From contig CAWJWJ010000002.1 of NCBI GenBank assembly GCA_963846575.1, positions 2,080,001 to 2,144,000 of the forward strand: 64,000 nucleotides of DNA. Reading direction: 5' to 3'. Shown here piece by piece: positions 10,857-20,079 of this stretch. How positions within the stretch are numbered: position 1 is the first letter of the stretch; every line of letters begins with the position of its first letter. The stretch is from an uncultured Nitrospiraceae bacterium (GTDB lineage Bacteria; Nitrospirota; Nitrospiria; Nitrospirales; Nitrospiraceae). The notes below the pieces were generated by a model. That model made no database searches. It was not told the origin of the DNA and was given only the letters and a program-made list of their open reading frames with translations. Position numbers and translations under genes: made by a program.

Positions 10857-11140
10857 TTCTTCCCCCTTGCCTTCTTGGCGATAGACGCCCCCGTCTTACC
10901 AAGTCGGGGGCTGGTCGGCTGCGCGCGCCGCCGGCTGACGCCGCCGGTCGTGCGCAGGCCGCCCGCCAAGCCGAGTTCGGTGAGTCCGTTGAGCCGCATC
11001 GCTTCGCGGACCTTTTCGAGATCAAAAAAGTACATTTTGCAAAACCGCTCATAGGGAATACGGCCGGTGCGATAGGCGCGTCGTATGGTCGAGGGATGCA
11101 CCGCAAACGTGTCGGCTAATTCCTTCGTCGTGAGTAACAT
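10853..11140 (-). CDS. HTH (Xis/MerR-like) DNA-binding protein
   Basis: LLTTKELADTFAVHPSTIRRAYRTGRIP..FDLEKV; AGGAG RBS; coupled to Rep. Confidence 0.85.
   Translation of the reverse strand: MLLTTKELADTFAVHPSTIRRAYRTGRIPYERFCKMYFFDLEKVREAMRLNGLTELGLAGGLRTTGGVSRRRAQPTSPRLGKTGASIAKKARGKK
10887..10911 (-). promoter_or_regulatory. Putative double-strand origin / nick-site hairpin
   Basis: Minus strand GCCCCCG-ACTTGGTAAGA-CGGGGGC, 30 bp upstream of the Rep start. Confidence 0.65.
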
Positions 11141-11200
11141 GCGTTGAATCGCTCCTTGTTCAACATGGTGAGGACACTACGTGAGTTGAAGCTCGTGGGG

Positions 11201-11260
11201 AACTATGCGTATGCATGCGTATGTGCGCTTATATGCGCTTTGGTGTGCTCTGGTGAGCAC
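11201..11260. repeat. Phased 10-bp imperfect repeats upstream of the HTH-Rep operon
   Basis: AACTATGCGT ATGCATGCGT ATGTGCGCTT ATATGCGCTT TGGTGTGCTC TGGTGAGCAC. Confidence 0.55.
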
Positions 11261-12023
11261 CGATCATCCTGAAGTGTTACATCCCGCCCAGATTCAGGAC
11301 GCATTTAGCGGGATGTCATGCAGAAAAGACCAATAGGCGTGGGTAATAGAAACGATCAGTTTGGGATATGGAAGAGCGGATATCTTCACGAATGGACTGG
11401 AATCAGTCGCAATGAACCATCAATGGACCGCAATGGAGGGTACGTCTCTGGTGAAAGAACCGAAGGGAAATAATGGCTCAGGAGAATTAACGACAGAGGC
11501 TAGGGCAAGTTGGCTCTAGCCGAGGCTGCTGAAGGCACACGTTGATGGCATCGCCTCATGTTTTGGAAGGGCGAGACATGTGCGTCGAGTGTGCTTCTTT
11601 TCCCTAGGAGAGCGACCTGGGGGCGGATGGCCGATCATATGCAGACATTGCAAGCGGGTAAACCGGGTGCGGATCTCTGACTGCAACCGGCTACCTGGAT
11701 GAGCCAGGCCTTCGCACTGTCGGAACTGCTATGCAAGCTATGCGTCAACATGCGCGATATCAGTGCTGAGAGAGGTGTGAACGGCAGGCCAGCATCACGC
11801 GCCCTGTGGCGGTGGGGAGGGTCTTGTCGGCGATTGGTCATGGCTGGGGAGCCTAAGACGTCAGCGTTCCGAGTATCCGGTTTCTTCGCGAAACGTGCAT
11901 CACACCGATCACGATCTCAGGGATTTTCCTAGTTGATCAAGAACGATCGTCGAAGCAGCATAAAATTACTAGCTAAAGGCGTCTGCTGTTTAATGGCAAT
12001 CATAATAGACATGGAATGGAGTG

Positions 12024-13487
12024 ATGATGTTTTTTCAACGAATTAAGACTCCTGGAATTGCCCACAACGCCTATCTGATAGGCACTGAGGGTGTTGGCAT
12101 CCTCGTGGATCCTCGGCGAGACATAGACGAGTATGTGACCATCGCACGCAAAAACAAACTGGCGATAAAGTATGTATTTGAAACGCATCGTCAGGAAGAT
12201 TTTGTGCTTGGGTCTGCCACCATTCGCCAACTGTGTGGCGCAAAGATTGTGTCGGGCAAGCATAAACTTTTTGCCCATAGCGACCTGCGCCTCGCGGACG
12301 GAGCGCAGCTCGAGATTGGAGAGCTCCTTTTCCGCTGTCTCTACACTCCCGGACACACGCCCGAGAGCGTATCATACGCGGTGTATTTCCAGGACAAACC
12401 TGAAATCGCCTGGGCTGTTTTTACGGGGGATGCCTTGTTTATCGGTGAGGCGGGCCGAACGGATCTTCCCGATGTCAACAAGACTGCCGAGAACGCGGCA
12501 ATTTTGTACGACAGCATCCAGCAGAAGATTCTGCCGCTGGGTGATCAAACCCTTCTCTACCCGGCCCACGGGGCAGGGTCAGTTTGCGGGGGAAACATTG
12601 CTAACTACGATCAATCGACCCTCGGCTTGGAACGCCGTTATAACCCCGCCTTCACACAGTCCCGGGAAGAATTTGTCCAACTCAAGCTGAAGGAGCGTAT
12701 TCCCCGTCCGCCCTACTTTCGTTTAATGGAACGACTCAACCTGAAGGGGGGCCTCGCGTTGAGCAAGGATCCCGACACCATTCCGAGTCTGTTGCCGAAG
12801 GATTTTGCGCAGGAATCTGCAAAAGGCATCGTGATCGACACCCGGCTGCCCGAGGCATTCGGCGGCGGCCATATCCCAGGCTCCTATAGCATCTGGCTGG
12901 ACGGACTGCCAGTGTTTGGCGGGTGGATTGCCGACGACAAAGTTCCGGTCTACCTGGTGCTTGAGCAGCCAACTGATGTGAAAGAGGCAGCTCTGCATCT
13001 CCAACGCATCGGGGTCGACAATATCCGTGGCGTCCTCGCCGGTGGATTTGAAAGGTGGCGTGACGCAGGGCTTGAGATCTCCATGTCTGGCACTCTCAGC
13101 GTCAACTCTAATGCCTTGCAAGACGAGAGGACGTCGATCCTCGACGTGCGCGAAATCACCGAGTTCGAGGAGGGGCACATACGTGGCTCGCGACACGCCT
13201 ATGTCGGCTTTCTTCCCGAACTGGGGGCCATCGAGCGTCAACTCGATCGGAACCAGGCTGTCGCGGTCACTTGTAGCGTCGGGCATCGCGCAAGTCTCGC
13301 CGTCAGCATGCTTTTGCGTATGGGCTTTACCAGGGTGTTCAACATGCTTGGCGGGATGACCGCCTGGAAAAAGCTTGGAAAGCCGGTCGTAACTGGGTCC
13401 GATACAACGCATACGCTGGATCGGAAGATCCTCCAGAAAGGCACCAGCAACGAAGCGGCGGCAACGGCCCTGCGGGCAAGCATATGA
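12024..13487 (+). CDS. MBL-fold hydrolase fused to two rhodanese domains (persulfide dioxygenase-sulfurtransferase-like)
   Basis: ETHRQEDF, TPGHTPES, FTGDALF, YPAHGAGSVCG; GHIPGS; C-terminal rhodanese loop CSVGHR. Confidence 0.88.
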   Translation: MMFFQRIKTPGIAHNAYLIGTEGVGILVDPRRDIDEYVTIARKNKLAIKYVFETHRQEDFVLGSATIRQLCGAKIVSGKHKLFAHSDLRLADGAQLEIGELLFRCLYTPGHTPESVSYAVYFQDKPEIAWAVFTGDALFIGEAGRTDLPDVNKTAENAAILYDSIQQKILPLGDQTLLYPAHGAGSVCGGNIANYDQSTLGLERRYNPAFTQSREEFVQLKLKERIPRPPYFRLMERLNLKGGLALSKDPDTIPSLLPKDFAQESAKGIVIDTRLPEAFGGGHIPGSYSIWLDGLPVFGGWIADDKVPVYLVLEQPTDVKEAALHLQRIGVDNIRGVLAGGFERWRDAGLEISMSGTLSVNSNALQDERTSILDVREITEFEEGHIRGSRHAYVGFLPELGAIERQLDRNQAVAVTCSVGHRASLAVSMLLRMGFTRVFNMLGGMTAWKKLGKPVVTGSDTTHTLDRKILQKGTSNEAAATALRASI

Positions 13488-14083
13488 AATCAGTTGTCAC
13501 ATTAACCACGCTCCTGTTCATCCTGTTCCAGGCCGCACACCTTTTCGCACAGGCTGCGTCGCCAGACACCTCTTCTTGGTATGGCATTGGAGGTACCTGG
13601 TCGCCGTACCTGGCGGGAGCGCTCATCGGAGTGTTGAGCTGGCTGACTTTTTACTTCTCAAAGCAGCCGATCGGTGCGTCGTCCTTCTATGCGACGATGG
13701 CGGGATTGATCGGCAAGGCAATCGCGCCCAGACATACCAGGACGCTCACGTATTATCAGGAACATTCCCCGAAGATTAACTGGGAATTCGCGTTTGTCAT
13801 CGCAATCATCTTCGGATCGGCCCTAGCGGCGGCTCTCGGGGGATAATTTTCGCTGCGCGGCCTCCCTCGGCTGTGGACGGATCACTATGGGGCAGACAGC
13901 GGCTTCCGCTACGCCGCGTTGAGTTTCTCGGGAGGGTCGCTGATGGCCTTCGGCGCACGTCTCGCCGGGGGTTGCACAAGCGGACACGGCATCAGCGGCA
14001 CCTTGCAGTTGAATGTCTCGTCGTGGATCGCCGTGATCTGTTTCTTCATCGGCGGGGTTATCGCCGTGCAATTTATCTATTGA
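13484..14083 (+). pseudogene. YeeE/YedE sulfur-compound transporter with in-frame TAA at 13844-13846
   Basis: WSPYLAG..PIGASS..LGG*FSLR..FGARLAGGCTSGHGISG in a single frame. Confidence 0.85.
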
Positions 14084-14130
14084 AGAAAGCCGGCAACCAG
14101 TGGACACAAGTGGCTATCCCAACTGAGCCT

Positions 14131-14658
14131 ATGAAGAAACTATTCCAGGCTATCATTTTTGGTTCACTGTTCGGCTTTCTTCTGCAGAAGGGAGGCGTCG
14201 CGAGCTACCACGTCCTTGAAGGTCAACTGCTCTTCAAGGATTTCACGGTTATCAAGGTCATGCTGTCGGCCATTCTCGTAGGCATGATCGGGATCTATTA
14301 CCTACACAGGACCGGGCGGACCGAGCTGCAACTCAAGCCGACAAAAATCGGCGCCAACATCCTTGGTGGCCTGATCTTCGGCGTCGGCTTCGCGCTCGCG
14401 GGGTACTGCCCGGGCACGGGAGCGGCAGCCCTAGGTCAGGGCGAGTTGCCCGCCCTGATTGCGATGCTCGGTCTTGTTGCCGGCTCGTACGGGTATGCAG
14501 AGCTGTCGCAAGCGCTGAAGCGGACTGTCGAGACCTGGGGAGATCTCGGTCGATTGACGCTTCCCGTTGTTGTCGGCATGAATACCGGTGCCTTCGTGGC
14601 TCTGTTCGCGCTGTTATTGGGCGGCGTCCTGCTCGTGTTGCAGACCATTCAACCGTAA
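14131..14658 (+). CDS. YeeE/YedE-family membrane protein (GYCPGT type)
   Basis: FGFLLQKGG, DFTVIKVM, GGLIFGVGFALAGYCPGT. Confidence 0.88.
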   Translation: MKKLFQAIIFGSLFGFLLQKGGVASYHVLEGQLLFKDFTVIKVMLSAILVGMIGIYYLHRTGRTELQLKPTKIGANILGGLIFGVGFALAGYCPGTGAAALGQGELPALIAMLGLVAGSYGYAELSQALKRTVETWGDLGRLTLPVVVGMNTGAFVALFALLLGGVLLVLQTIQP

Positions 14659-14714
14659 CCGGTTGACCGAATTTTCAACGTGTATGGTGCTGTAGCCGAA
14701 CCGAGGAGTGAGAC

Positions 14715-15263
14715 ATGAGAAACGTCTTATCGATGAAAAGGTGGTCGCCCTATGTGGTGGGGGTGGGAATCGGGATATTGAGCTGCTTCGCCTTCGCCTC
14801 GGCCGACCACCCGATTGGCATCACAACCGCCTTCGAGTATACCAGTGCACTCGTGGAGACCTCCGCCTCGCCGGAGGTGACGGCACCCTATCTCGCGGAC
14901 CTGGCGGAGAAGAACCGGCGCCCAAAAATTGACTGGGAATGGATGCTGGTTGTCGGGGTATTTCTCGGGGCGTACGTAAGCTCGAAGATGTCAGGCGATC
15001 GCGTCCAGGGCGAGAATATACCGCCGCTGTGGCGATGGCGCTTCGGCGACTCAACGGCTCGGCGTTACTTCGGTGCCTTCGCCGGCGGCTTCCTCATGAT
15101 GCTTGGTGCTCGCGTCGCCCAGGGCTGCACCAGTGGACATGCCATAAGTGGGACCTTGCAGCTTGCGCTGTCAAGCTGGATCTTTGCCCCGACCATCTTC
15201 ATCGTCGGGATTGCGACGGCCTTCCTCATCTACGGTAAGGAGGGTCGCGCCCATGTTCGATGA
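14715..15263 (+). CDS. YeeE/YedE-family membrane protein (GCTSGH type)
   Basis: WSPYVVG, PIGITT, GARVAQGCTSGHAISG. Confidence 0.88.
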   Translation: MRNVLSMKRWSPYVVGVGIGILSCFAFASADHPIGITTAFEYTSALVETSASPEVTAPYLADLAEKNRRPKIDWEWMLVVGVFLGAYVSSKMSGDRVQGENIPPLWRWRFGDSTARRYFGAFAGGFLMMLGARVAQGCTSGHAISGTLQLALSSWIFAPTIFIVGIATAFLIYGKEGRAHVR

Positions 15264-15813
15264 ACCTCATAAACTGGTGCTTGGACTGGTGACCGGGATT
15301 CTATTCGGCATCCTGTTGCAAAAGGGGCAAGTTGCAAAATTTCAGAAAATCGTCGGCCAATTGCTGCTCAAGGATTGGACGGTCCTCAAGATTATGGCGA
15401 CGGCGATTGCAGTAGGGACCCTTGGTGTGCACCTGTTGATCGCTGAAGGAGGGGCCTCGTTACACATACAGACCGCCGCGTTAGCGAGAGTGCTCATCGG
15501 CGGCGTGCTCTTTGGCGTTGGGCTGACCGTATTCGGCCTCTGTCCGGGCACGAGCGTCGCCGCATGCGGCGAAGGAAAGCGGGATGCCCTTGTAGGTGTG
15601 ATCGGAATGCTGTTCGGCGCTGGCGCTTATGTCGCCGCATTTTCCGCGTTGGAGCCCTTGATGGAATCCATGGCCGACTTTGGAAAAGTCACGCTCCCTC
15701 AAATCACGGGTACGACCCCCTGGATCTGGGCGATTGGGGTCGCAGTGATTATGACAATTATATTGATTGTCCTAGAACGCATCCATCCGAAGGAGCTGGA
15801 CGCAAAATCGTAA
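15253..15813 (+). CDS. YeeE/YedE-family membrane protein (GLCPGT type)
   Basis: FGILLQKG, DWTVLKIM, GGVLFGVG..GLCPGT. Confidence 0.88.
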   Translation: MFDEPHKLVLGLVTGILFGILLQKGQVAKFQKIVGQLLLKDWTVLKIMATAIAVGTLGVHLLIAEGGASLHIQTAALARVLIGGVLFGVGLTVFGLCPGTSVAACGEGKRDALVGVIGMLFGAGAYVAAFSALEPLMESMADFGKVTLPQITGTTPWIWAIGVAVIMTIILIVLERIHPKELDAKS

Positions 15814-16050
15814 CAAATCACTATAGTCAACACGCGCATGTCATTGATCTTCATGCCAACAAGTCCCCCATCCCCGGCGATAGGATACGACATTTATGTG
15901 CAGGCTCCTCACCTGCTGCTGGATGTCGCAGTGGGTGGGCCGTGCCATCGTTTGAACCCTTCCGAACCCTAATGGGTGGAGTGTAAACGGCCGGATTCGT
16001 GTCACGGTCGGATGAACCAGCGAGGCGCTACCAAGGAAAGGGCAAACATC

Positions 16051-16530
16051 ATGGCAACTCTCAGAGAAAGATCGGCGACGGCGACCCGTGTCCCTCAGCA
16101 CACAGAAGAAGCAATCAATGAGCGCATCTACCGCCAAACGGCATGCAACATCGAGCACTACGGCAAACAGGGAACAGATGCGATCACGAATCGGCTGGCC
16201 GAACTAGAGCGTGAGTGGGACATTGAGCGGACGCTTGAAGCTAATGCGGCTAGCCTGGCCCTGATCGGCCTTGGACTCGGAGCGCTAGTTCATCGGCGTT
16301 GGTACCTGCTCCCGAGTGTGGTGGCGTTCTTTTTGCTGCAGCATGCCGTGCAAGGCTGGTGTCCACCCCTCCCGCTGTTTCGAAGGATGGGTATCCGGAC
16401 AGAGACCGAGATCGGCTATGAACGGTATGCGCTGAAAACTCTTCGAGGCGATTTTCGTGAGTTACCACAAGAGGCGGTAGAGAGTGAGCGAGTGCAAGCG
16501 GAGAGCATTCTACGCATGTTCAGTCGTTGA
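16051..16530 (+). CDS. DUF2892/YgaP-like membrane protein
   Basis: EWDIERTLEANA..FLLQHAVQGWCPP..RTETEI..ERYALK. Confidence 0.75.
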   Translation: MATLRERSATATRVPQHTEEAINERIYRQTACNIEHYGKQGTDAITNRLAELEREWDIERTLEANAASLALIGLGLGALVHRRWYLLPSVVAFFLLQHAVQGWCPPLPLFRRMGIRTETEIGYERYALKTLRGDFRELPQEAVESERVQAESILRMFSR

Positions 16531-16555
16531 ACCGCATCAACTCAAGAGGTAATGA

Positions 16556-18148
16556 ATGCGGGCCTTCAAGCGGGTCTTGGCCAGCGCTGCCGTGAGCGCT
16601 CTCCTTCTGATGGTAGTACTATTGCCGCCCTTCATGACGGAAGCTGGAGACAAGAAAATGAATGGCACCTCGACATTCACAATCCTACATACGAATGATC
16701 TGCATGGTCACCTCACCGCGTGGCGAGGGTGGGAAGGCCCATTGGCCGGCAAGACACTCGGTGGCGCGGACCGCATCGCCACGGTGATCAAGCAAGTCCG
16801 GCAGTCGGTCGGAGCGGAACATCTGCTAGTGTTGGATGCCGGCGATACCTTCGGCGATACCATGCTGGCGGCCGAGACACAAGGCCACGCGGTCGTCGAA
16901 GTAATGAATGCTTTGGGGTATGACGCCATGGCGCTGGGCAATCATGATCCCGATTTCAGTATGGAGGTGCTCCACGACCGGATTCGGCAGGCCCGCTTTG
17001 CCGTATTGGCGGCCAACATGCTTGACGCCGAGACCGGACAGCAGTCGATCCAACCTTCGCTCATCCGCGAGGTGGCTGGCGTGCGCATTGGAATTCTAGG
17101 GCTTGCGTACCCGCAGACGGCCTTGACGACGGCGGAGAAGAATCTGCGAGGCGTCACGTTCCAATCCGCAGTGGACACGGCTCGTCGATGGGTACCGCGG
17201 CTCCGCAGCCAGGGGGCGCAAGTCATCGTGGCGCTCTCGCACGGCGGTCTTGGCGCTGATGTCTCACTGGCGCGAGAAGTTGAGGACATCGATGTCATCA
17301 TCGGCGGCCACAGCCACAACCGAATAGAAGAGCCGATCCGGGAGGGCCACACCCTGATCGTGCAGGCCGGTGCCCATGGATCAGATGTAGGACGGTTAGA
17401 TGTATCGATCTCCGATGGGCGAATTGCAAGTGCTCATCACCGGCTTGTCATGCTGGATCACGATATTGTTTCATCCGATCCTGCGGTCGCCACTCTCTTG
17501 CATACGCTTCGAGAGCCTTACCGAGACAGGCTGGAGGAACCGCTGGGTATCGCGACCGAGACCATCCCCCGAGCACAAACCCTGGCCGGTCCGCGCCCGC
17601 GTATCCGAGATGCGGAATCCCCTGTGGACTCGCTCTTTGCCGATATTCTACGAGAGAAGTTGCACGTTCAGGTCGTGTTCCTTCCGGGGGTCGGGTACGG
17701 AGTGGCACTCGGCCCTGGCATGGTCACGGCAGAGGCGCTACGCAATATGCTCCCGCATGACTCGCAGATGGTCACGATGATGCTGACGGGCGTGCAGCTT
17801 CGCGAAATTCTGGAGCAGGCGGTGGACAATGTTGTGACCGATGATTCGGAGAAGAAGGTCGGGGGGATGATTCAGGTGAGTGGGATGACGTTTGCCTACA
17901 ATCCCGCCAAGCCCTACTCTGACCGTGTGCAGCGCGCTTATGTGCAAGGGCAGACCCTACGTTCCGACCAAGTCTACCGCGTTGCGACCAATTCCCTCCT
18001 AGCAGGAGGCGGCCATCGGTACCGGACTTTTCTGGAAGGACAAGATCGCCAAAAACGAGGCATGCAGTATGAGATCCTCAGGGAATGGTTCTCACGGGAG
18101 AGCTCGATACAGGCGCCCCCGCCTGGTCGCATCCAGGTCATCCCTTAA
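16556..18148 (+). CDS. Secreted metallophosphoesterase / 5'-nucleotidase-family protein
   Basis: Signal peptide; ILHTNDLHG, LDAGD, GNHD, LSH, GGHSH; C-terminal 5'-NT domain (QVSG, YRVATN). Confidence 0.88.
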   Translation: MRAFKRVLASAAVSALLLMVVLLPPFMTEAGDKKMNGTSTFTILHTNDLHGHLTAWRGWEGPLAGKTLGGADRIATVIKQVRQSVGAEHLLVLDAGDTFGDTMLAAETQGHAVVEVMNALGYDAMALGNHDPDFSMEVLHDRIRQARFAVLAANMLDAETGQQSIQPSLIREVAGVRIGILGLAYPQTALTTAEKNLRGVTFQSAVDTARRWVPRLRSQGAQVIVALSHGGLGADVSLAREVEDIDVIIGGHSHNRIEEPIREGHTLIVQAGAHGSDVGRLDVSISDGRIASAHHRLVMLDHDIVSSDPAVATLLHTLREPYRDRLEEPLGIATETIPRAQTLAGPRPRIRDAESPVDSLFADILREKLHVQVVFLPGVGYGVALGPGMVTAEALRNMLPHDSQMVTMMLTGVQLREILEQAVDNVVTDDSEKKVGGMIQVSGMTFAYNPAKPYSDRVQRAYVQGQTLRSDQVYRVATNSLLAGGGHRYRTFLEGQDRQKRGMQYEILREWFSRESSIQAPPPGRIQVIP

Positions 18149-18299
18149 GATCCCTCGGCCTCGTACTGGATCGTTTTGGCAACAAGTGAATGTACGAGCA
18201 TGAAGAAGCGGCATTGGTCGGTGCTGTTCAGGCACAATGGCGGTCGGCTGCACAGAGTTGATGCATCCATAATGGACTTCATCACCGGGTAGGAACCTA

Positions 18300-18530
18300 T
18301 GATGACCAAGCCGCTGCCGAGGCGAAGCAGACCTTGTCGCATACGATGGCCTATCTGGAAGAAGCAGCCGAGCACGCAAAGCGATCTATCAAGGGGACGA
18401 ATGTCGAGGACGTGCAGGGACATGCCCGCTTGGCAGCGGGGATGCTGGTGGCGGCGTTGGGAACCTCCGAGTCAACTTCGCCGGTTACCGGCGGGTTGCG
18501 GTACGCCCGAGAGGTTCTAACAAGACAAGC
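18300..18530 (+). pseudogene. Probable gene remnant (helical, HxxxAxxHA-like)
   Basis: Protein-like stretch LSHTMAYLEEAAEHAKRSI..VQGHARLAAG without a credible start. Confidence 0.3.
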
Positions 18531-18634
18531 CTGGGCACCAAGTAAAGAACATCATCACAGTACTCAGCAAAGCGCAGTGAACGGCCAGAGGTCATTGCGA
18601 GGCCCCAGGTCACATTGGTGAATGACATCAGCTA

Positions 18635-19249
18635 ATGGCCTTGAAACGAGTTGGGATTCAAAACATGAACACAGGAATCGTCGTTGGCAGTCTTGCTCTC
18701 TGCATGATCAACTTTGCGGCAATACCGCGTCCTTTAGGAGCCTCTATGCTGTCACACGAAACCGATACCGCTCGACCGACATTTATCACACCCCTCATTG
18801 ACGGTTTTGGCGCGATCGTCGCCCTGCCGCAAACGGCCGAGCAGCCGAGAGCGGGGTCAAAAGTCGTCTTTGATATTACGGGCGCCGGGGACGCGACGCA
18901 GAGTATTAAGGGCCTAGAGAGCATTGCCCTATTGCTGAACTTGGCGGCCGAAGCGGGACTGCGCCCCGAGGAGTTTAAGATCGTCGCCGTCCTCCACGGT
19001 CAGGCGACTAAAGCGGTATTACGCCCCGACTCCTATGCAAAGGCTACCCAGGGTTCTCGAAATCCAAACCTCGAACTGATCCGCCAACTGAAGAGCGCAG
19101 GCGTGGAACTCTATGTGTGCGGACAAGCGCTTGCGCACGGCCGCTATGGGCTGGAGGAAGTGCTTTCCGAAGTCACAGTCGCGACCTCTGCCGTTACTGT
19201 CAATGTGAGCAGACAGATGGACGGATATGCCTATCTGCCCTTTCACTAA
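18635..19249 (+). CDS. DsrE/DsrF-like family protein, probably exported
   Basis: KVVFDIT, VAVLHG, NPNLELI..AGVELYVCGQAL, QMDGYAY; hydrophobic N-terminus. Confidence 0.82.
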   Translation: MALKRVGIQNMNTGIVVGSLALCMINFAAIPRPLGASMLSHETDTARPTFITPLIDGFGAIVALPQTAEQPRAGSKVVFDITGAGDATQSIKGLESIALLLNLAAEAGLRPEEFKIVAVLHGQATKAVLRPDSYAKATQGSRNPNLELIRQLKSAGVELYVCGQALAHGRYGLEEVLSEVTVATSAVTVNVSRQMDGYAYLPFH

Positions 19250-19416
19250 TTTAACTAGTGCTTGTTGACGCGTAACCATCCGCGACCTGCCAGGCTAGCG
19301 TCTATCTCGAGCGCTGTAGTATTAGTCATCGGAGCGAGAGCCCGAATCCTTTTCTGATTACCATGCCCTAACCGAACGACAGGTCAAAAAACTTCTTAAT
19401 CCACCGGGAGGCAAGA

Positions 19417-19929
19417 ATGGGAACAAAACTAGCATTGGCAGGCATGGCATTTGGTGCAATCGGTCTACTCGCGACGAGTGGGCAGGCAGAGACGCCAACG
19501 AAATCGTCGCCTGCTGAGGGTTTCACCATCCATGTGATCGCACCACATAAATTCGAGGATGGAACCGTACATGGTCCCTATCACCATTATTGCAAGGGAA
19601 TTTCACCAGAGATACTACAGTGCTTACTCTTTGAGTCCACGGAACCCAATGCAAAACTAACCGATGTGGAGTACTTCGTCGCCAAAGACCTCGCGAGGAA
19701 AAGTGTTTCCTTGGAAACCTGGAACAAGTATTACCATGACCATGAGGTTGAAATTGCCACAGGCCGCGTTCAGGTCTTGGATGTTCCTGAGGATAAAGCC
19801 AAGGAAATCGCCGCTGCGGCTGCCAAAACAGATGGCATCATCTTCCATCTCTGGCCAGATGGAGCAAAGGCGCCGAATGGAACGGTAGGACACCCTCAAT
19901 CAACCGGACATAAAGAGCGCACCCAGTAA
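19417..19929 (+). CDS. DUF1264 (OBAP-like) exported protein
   Basis: Signal peptide; HHYC..QCLLF..AKLTDVEY..YYHDHEVE. Confidence 0.75.
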   Translation: MGTKLALAGMAFGAIGLLATSGQAETPTKSSPAEGFTIHVIAPHKFEDGTVHGPYHHYCKGISPEILQCLLFESTEPNAKLTDVEYFVAKDLARKSVSLETWNKYYHDHEVEIATGRVQVLDVPEDKAKEIAAAAAKTDGIIFHLWPDGAKAPNGTVGHPQSTGHKERTQ

Positions 19930-19940
19930 GCAGCCGTAAT

Positions 19941-19984
19941 GACAGAGCGGGGAGCGTAAGTTGGTAGGCGCTCCTCGCTTTGTC
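19941..19984 (+). terminator. 16-bp-stem hairpin after the DUF1264 gene
   Basis: GACAGAGCGGGGAGCG / CGCTCCTCGCTTTGTC (two G-U pairs); no clear U-tract. Confidence 0.5.
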
Positions 19985-20079
19985 CATCGATCAAGATTCT
20001 CACGTTTGAGCCCTCGTAAAGATTGTTCACCAGTCGTTTATGTTGTGCATGCTGAGAATGAATCTTTCACCATCACATC

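Noticed and set aside
9921..11054. 377-aa plus-strand ORF
   Set aside because: Antisense shadow of the Rep_trans and HTH genes; no motifs.
13844..13846. Recoding (Sec/Pyl) at the internal YeeE stop
   Set aside because: The codon is TAA, not TGA or TAG; a nonsense mutation is simpler.
16556..18148. Calling this gene soxB
   Set aside because: Lacks the SoxB GHWEF motif and no soxXYZA genes are in the window; kept as 5'-nucleotidase family.
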